Assembly (NCBI GenBank): GCA_001587715.1
Contig: LNGC01000001.1
Span: forward strand, 1-54,809
Reading direction: 5' to 3'
Source of the DNA: Candidatus Methanofastidiosum methylothiophilum
Lineage (GTDB): Archaea; Methanobacteriota_B; Thermococci; Methanofastidiosales; Methanofastidiosaceae
DNA length: 54,809 nucleotides
Shown here: piece by piece, positions 51,639-54,809 of the stretch
How positions within the stretch are numbered: the stretch's first letter is position 1
How the letters are laid out: each line of letters begins with the position of its first letter
Notes under the pieces: generated by a model
The model's database searches: none
Told to the model about the DNA's origin: nothing
The model's input: the letters and a program-made list of their open reading frames with translations, nothing else
Made by a program: the position numbers and the translations under genes

Positions 51639-51972
51639 CTATACTTATCCTTTCTACTCATTATAGCCACCTCTAATATTATTTTTAGTACCCTATTTTT
51701 ATCTGTTAGTTGATTACTTATTTAATACTATCCTTTTATTATAAAAATAATACTTATTCCAGGGATAGTAATCTAATCAAAAAGCTTAAATAACTCTAAA
51801 AAACAGAAAAAAAATAGGGTATAGAAACAAAACTTTTTTTTATTAGAGATATAGCCACCTCTATAAAAAAAAAATATATTTATACCCAAAAATTTTTTAA
51901 GAGCCTGGAGGGGATAAACCCTAAACCCCTCCACCTCTTAAAACCCCTACTATATCAAAAAGAATAATAAAA

Positions 51973-52356
51973 CTAGTTTTTACAATTAATATGCTCCATC
52001 ATAATCTTACTATACTTATAAGTATGCACCCTCTCAATATCTCCTACCTCTAAAAAATCATGATATTTACAGGTTTCCATCAGCTCCAGGATCCTATTAA
52101 ACCTCTCCCTCTCATCTGAATAAATAATCTCACTATAAAAAGTAACGATATGATAACTACCATTCCAGCTTATATCTAAATCATGAACTCTTAAAAAATT
52201 CTTATCAGCCACTTTAAAAAATAACTCCTCAGCTACTAACTCCTCCACTTTCATAAATAAAGGGATCATCTCCATTTTTATATCATATAATTCATCCTCT
52301 AATTTAATTAACTCAGCATCTATCCTATTATACTCCTCCTTTAAACTTACCCTCAT
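51973..52356 (-). CDS. hypothetical protein (127 aa)
   Basis: ORF track. Co-directional. Confidence 0.5.
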   Translation of the reverse strand: MRVSLKEEYNRIDAELIKLEDELYDIKMEMIPLFMKVEELVAEELFFKVADKNFLRVHDLDISWNGSYHIVTFYSEIIYSDERERFNRILELMETCKYHDFLEVGDIERVHTYKYSKIMMEHINCKN

Positions 52357-52361
52357 CCATC

Positions 52362-52607
52362 CTATACCATCCTCCCCTTAACCCTTCTATCAGTTATCTC
52401 TGAATTATTTAAATAATAATTTTTCATTTGATCATAAGCTTCTTTCCTGAAAAAAATCCTTAAAGTTCTAATATCAAAATAACCAGGAGCATCTGGATTC
52501 TCTTTTAAATATTTAGCAGCCCTCCTCTCTGCATCCTCCTCCTCATCCTCTCTTATTTTCCTATTCCTTTCCCTCATAACTTTAAGCTCAGCAGGGATCT
52601 CCCTCAT
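52362..52607 (-). CDS. hypothetical basic/acidic protein (81 aa)
   Basis: ORF track. GAGGTAGTGGAGAT-ATG start. Confidence 0.5.
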   Translation of the reverse strand: MREIPAELKVMRERNRKIREDEEEDAERRAAKYLKENPDAPGYFDIRTLRIFFRKEAYDQMKNYYLNNSEITDRRVKGRMV

Positions 52608-52759
52608 ATCTCCACTACCTCAATTAATTTTATAATATATTTTTTCCCTTTCTCTACCTGGATCCCATTAGCCTTTAAATCTATACTTTCTCCCTTTTTA
52701 CATACTCCATTATAGAGCAGTTCTTTAGTACTATAATCATAAATAAACCAATTAGGCAT
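52604..52759 (-). CDS. small protein (51 aa)
   Basis: Hand translation MPNWFIYDYSTKELLYNGVCKKGESIDLKANGIQVEKGKKYIIKLIEVVEI*. ATGA-type overlap with the next gene. Confidence 0.4.
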   Translation of the reverse strand: MPNWFIYDYSTKELLYNGVCKKGESIDLKANGIQVEKGKKYIIKLIEVVEI

Positions 52760-52761
52760 TA

Positions 52762-53271
52762 TTAAAAACCTCTTCTCATATCATCCAGTATAATACTCAT
52801 ATTTTGGTTTATATATTGGTTTACAGCCTTTTTATATTCCCCTGGTATTTCTAAACTATTCACTAACTCTATGAACCCATTATAACTACGAATACTATTA
52901 CCATACTTATCTACCATATCTGCCAAACTATATTTATTAACATTCAGTTCTACTACCTTCCCATTATTTAAAGTAAATCTAAACTTTAACCCATCAAATA
53001 CATGAATAATAGTAAAAGATTCTACTTCTATTTTATAATCTACTTTTTTTAAATCCTTTTTATCCAGGATCTCCAGATCTAAAACTGTTTTTATTTCTAA
53101 AGGTTCTACCTCAGGTATTCTTAATGGATCATCTTTCTTAATCTTTCCCTCCGGTAAAATCATAGGATCATGACACTCATAATAATCTATTTCTTTAATC
53201 CTATATTTCACTCCATTAAATTTAATTATATCTCCTTTAGCTAAACTAGCTTTATGCTCAATCTCTATCAT
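52762..53271 (-). CDS. hypothetical protein (169 aa)
   Basis: ORF track. ATGA overlap with the upstream gene. Confidence 0.5.
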   Translation of the reverse strand: MIEIEHKASLAKGDIIKFNGVKYRIKEIDYYECHDPMILPEGKIKKDDPLRIPEVEPLEIKTVLDLEILDKKDLKKVDYKIEVESFTIIHVFDGLKFRFTLNNGKVVELNVNKYSLADMVDKYGNSIRSYNGFIELVNSLEIPGEYKKAVNQYINQNMSIILDDMRRGF

Positions 53272-53732
53272 AAAATCCCCTCTCTCTTATTATGATTATC
53301 ACATTTCCAGCCTGTTATTAATTCCCCTAAAAAGAGAACTAGATAAACTGTTTTACCCTTTAAAGATTTAATTTTAATATTCCTTAAACAGGCTTTAATT
53401 TCAGGATCACAAAAAGAGCAGAATAAACAGCATCCAAATAAACTAGTTCTATCAATCCCTAAATTAGGATACTGCTGGTTAAACCAGTTATACAATAATC
53501 TCCAGTCAAATCTAGGCTCATCAATTAATAATTCAAAAAATTCTATTATCTCTTTATCAGCTTCAGGATCCAGCTTAAACTTTATACTAACTTTCCCATA
53601 TCCAATTTTAGTATCTTTTTTTATTCTTTCAAAATCTATCCCCTTTTTAGCTGTAACAGTACAAATATTTGGTTTAAATTCCTGAGCTTTATAAACCTCT
53701 CCATCTATTATTAACCCCTCTTCTTTAACCAT
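53268..53732 (-). CDS. hypothetical Cys-rich protein (154 aa)
   Basis: ORF track. It is the rightmost gene with the canonical GAGGTGGCTATAGGATG start. Contains CCLFCSFCDPEIKAC. Confidence 0.5.
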   Translation of the reverse strand: MVKEEGLIIDGEVYKAQEFKPNICTVTAKKGIDFERIKKDTKIGYGKVSIKFKLDPEADKEIIEFFELLIDEPRFDWRLLYNWFNQQYPNLGIDRTSLFGCCLFCSFCDPEIKACLRNIKIKSLKGKTVYLVLFLGELITGWKCDNHNKREGIL

Positions 53733-53777
53733 CCTATAGCCACCTCAACTTTTTTCTTTAAATATTCTCCTATCCTC

Positions 53778-53792
53778 TATAAATCATTTATA
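53778..53792. promoter_or_regulatory. palindromic double TATA element TATAAAT-C-ATTTATA
   Basis: Read directly. It lies about 50 nt upstream (minus strand) of ATG 53732. Confidence 0.3.
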
Positions 53793-53853
53793 TGGATAAT
53801 AAATTAAATTACATGCCATCATAAGCTCTGGCAGTTTATCTCTCCAAATCATA

Positions 53854-54255
53854 TTATCCCTTTTTATCTGCTATTCCCAGGGCTTCCTTATACTCCCTGT
53901 TCTCCTCTTTTAATCTCTTATTCTCCATGGTATTCTTTTTATTATGTTCTAATAACTCAGTAATAGTTTTATTCTGTTTAGTTTTCATTTCTTTTATTTT
54001 AGCTTTTAATTTTTTATTCTCCACCTCCAACTCCTTACACCGTTTACCCTCTTTTTCCAGATCTACCCCCTCTACTATAACATTCTTTTTTAATAATTTT
54101 TGTATTATACTGTTATAACTCTCTCCTTTCCTACCCCTCCTGGTTAGAGCTTCATGGGTACCTGTTTTAACCTTAATCAACTCATCTAACTTATCTTTAG
54201 TGTCCTTACTTACCCTCATAGATTTTTCACTATATCCTTTATCCTCTGCCAACAT
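53854..54255 (-). CDS. RHH-like N-terminus plus coiled-coil protein
   Basis: ORF track, 133 aa. SMRVSKDTKDKLDELIKVK...ESYNSIIQKLLKKN could be strand-helix-helix. The C-terminal half is Lys/Glu coiled coil. Confidence 0.45.
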   Translation of the reverse strand: MLAEDKGYSEKSMRVSKDTKDKLDELIKVKTGTHEALTRRGRKGESYNSIIQKLLKKNVIVEGVDLEKEGKRCKELEVENKKLKAKIKEMKTKQNKTITELLEHNKKNTMENKRLKEENREYKEALGIADKKG

Positions 54256-54415
54256 TATCCCCCTCTTTACTTTTATCCTGTTCCTGCCTCTTTTTCTTAA
54301 TTATTTCTGCATTCTTTCTCCATTTACTCTCTAACTTCCAATTATTCAAACTAATATAATACCCCTCTATCCAACTACAAACATCCTCCAATACCTCTAA
54401 AACTTCCTCATCCAT
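54239..54415 (-). CDS. small protein (58 aa)
   Basis: Hand translation MDEEVLEVLEDVCSWIEGYYISLNNWKLESKWRKNAEIIKKKRQEQDKSKEGDNVGRG*. GGAGGAG lies 7 nt upstream. Confidence 0.4.
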   Translation of the reverse strand: MDEEVLEVLEDVCSWIEGYYISLNNWKLESKWRKNAEIIKKKRQEQDKSKEGDNVGRG

Positions 54416-54418
54416 TTA

Positions 54419-54740
54419 CTACTCCTCCAAATAATAATCCCTCCTTTTAAATGGATTTTTAAAATTAGTCCACTTATTCCATACAGGATTAATTATATGT
54501 AAATCCTCAGATTTAATTTTAGGCTCGAATTTAGGACAATTATGCTTATTCATAAAACAGTTTAAACTATCCATAACAGGCTGTAAATCTTTTAAAATTT
54601 TCTCAGCTAACTTTCTAAAAGCAGTTAGTACCTGCTCAGCAGCCTCTCTAACTGGTTTAAAAGGATCCTTTAAAAGCTCCTCATTCCTTCTCCTGCTTAA
54701 AGCCTCAGTTCTAGCAGCCTTAAACTGTTCTTTTTTCCAT
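54419..54740 (-). pseudogene. first gene after the right promoter repeat, interrupted by a frameshift in an A6 run
   Basis: ATG 54740 reads ATGGAAAAAAGAACAGTTTAA and stops after 6 codons. The neighbouring frame is open for about 105 codons (WKKEQFKAARTEALSRRRNEELLKDPFKPVREAAEQVLTAF...YYLEE*) but has no start before Met 55. Confidence 0.35.
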
Positions 54741-54753
54741 TTTTTTCACATAC

Positions 54754-54783
54754 CATTATTTATAGGTGTGATTCCAAAGTAAC
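54754..54783. repeat. 30-bp exact direct repeat, right copy
   Basis: Identical to 925-954. Its minus-strand TATAAATA lies at 54757-54764. Confidence 0.9.
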
Positions 54784-54809
54784 AAATCGCTAATAAATTA
54801 TCATTTCTT

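Overview
Strongly AT-rich 54.8-kb window that reads as an essentially complete genome or provirus of a tailed, siphovirus-like virus. I found no host housekeeping genes, rRNA, CRISPR array, transposase or reverse transcriptase. More than 100 ORFs, many under 60 aa and missing from the ORF track, lie on the minus strand. Only two convincing genes are on the plus strand: an RHH regulator at 16635-16796 and a membrane-protein moron at 33695-34051. Minus-strand order from 54.8 kb downwards: early or regulatory genes including a Zn-ribbon TFB-like protein; small membrane proteins; TerS, TerL, portal and a Mu-F-like protein; protease/scaffold; major capsid; a 952-aa GLUG-repeat adhesin-like protein; connectors; tRNA-Cys(GCA); major tail protein; chaperone; a 1248-aa tape measure; about 9 distal-tail, baseplate or fibre genes; two papain-fold cysteine peptidases (likely lysis); 0.8 kb of structured non-coding DNA; a tyrosine integrase; a compact divergent promoter-operator switch; then about 16 kb of small DNA-binding, Zn-ribbon and unknown proteins with three orphan DNA methyltransferases. 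An archaeal, Methanobacteriales-like host is an inference only. It rests on TTTATATA-type boxes at archaeal spacing, an apparently leaderless integrase, the adhesin-like GLUG protein, cysteine peptidases in place of muramidases, and a tRNA without encoded CCA. The main non-gene signals are a stereotyped gene-start motif (AGAGGTGGCTAT-N-ATG, over 40 copies by eye), three copies of a palindromic operator fused to a TATA box, a 30-bp exact direct repeat near both window ends, and an iteron/microsatellite region. All functions come from reading motifs by eye; no searches were run.
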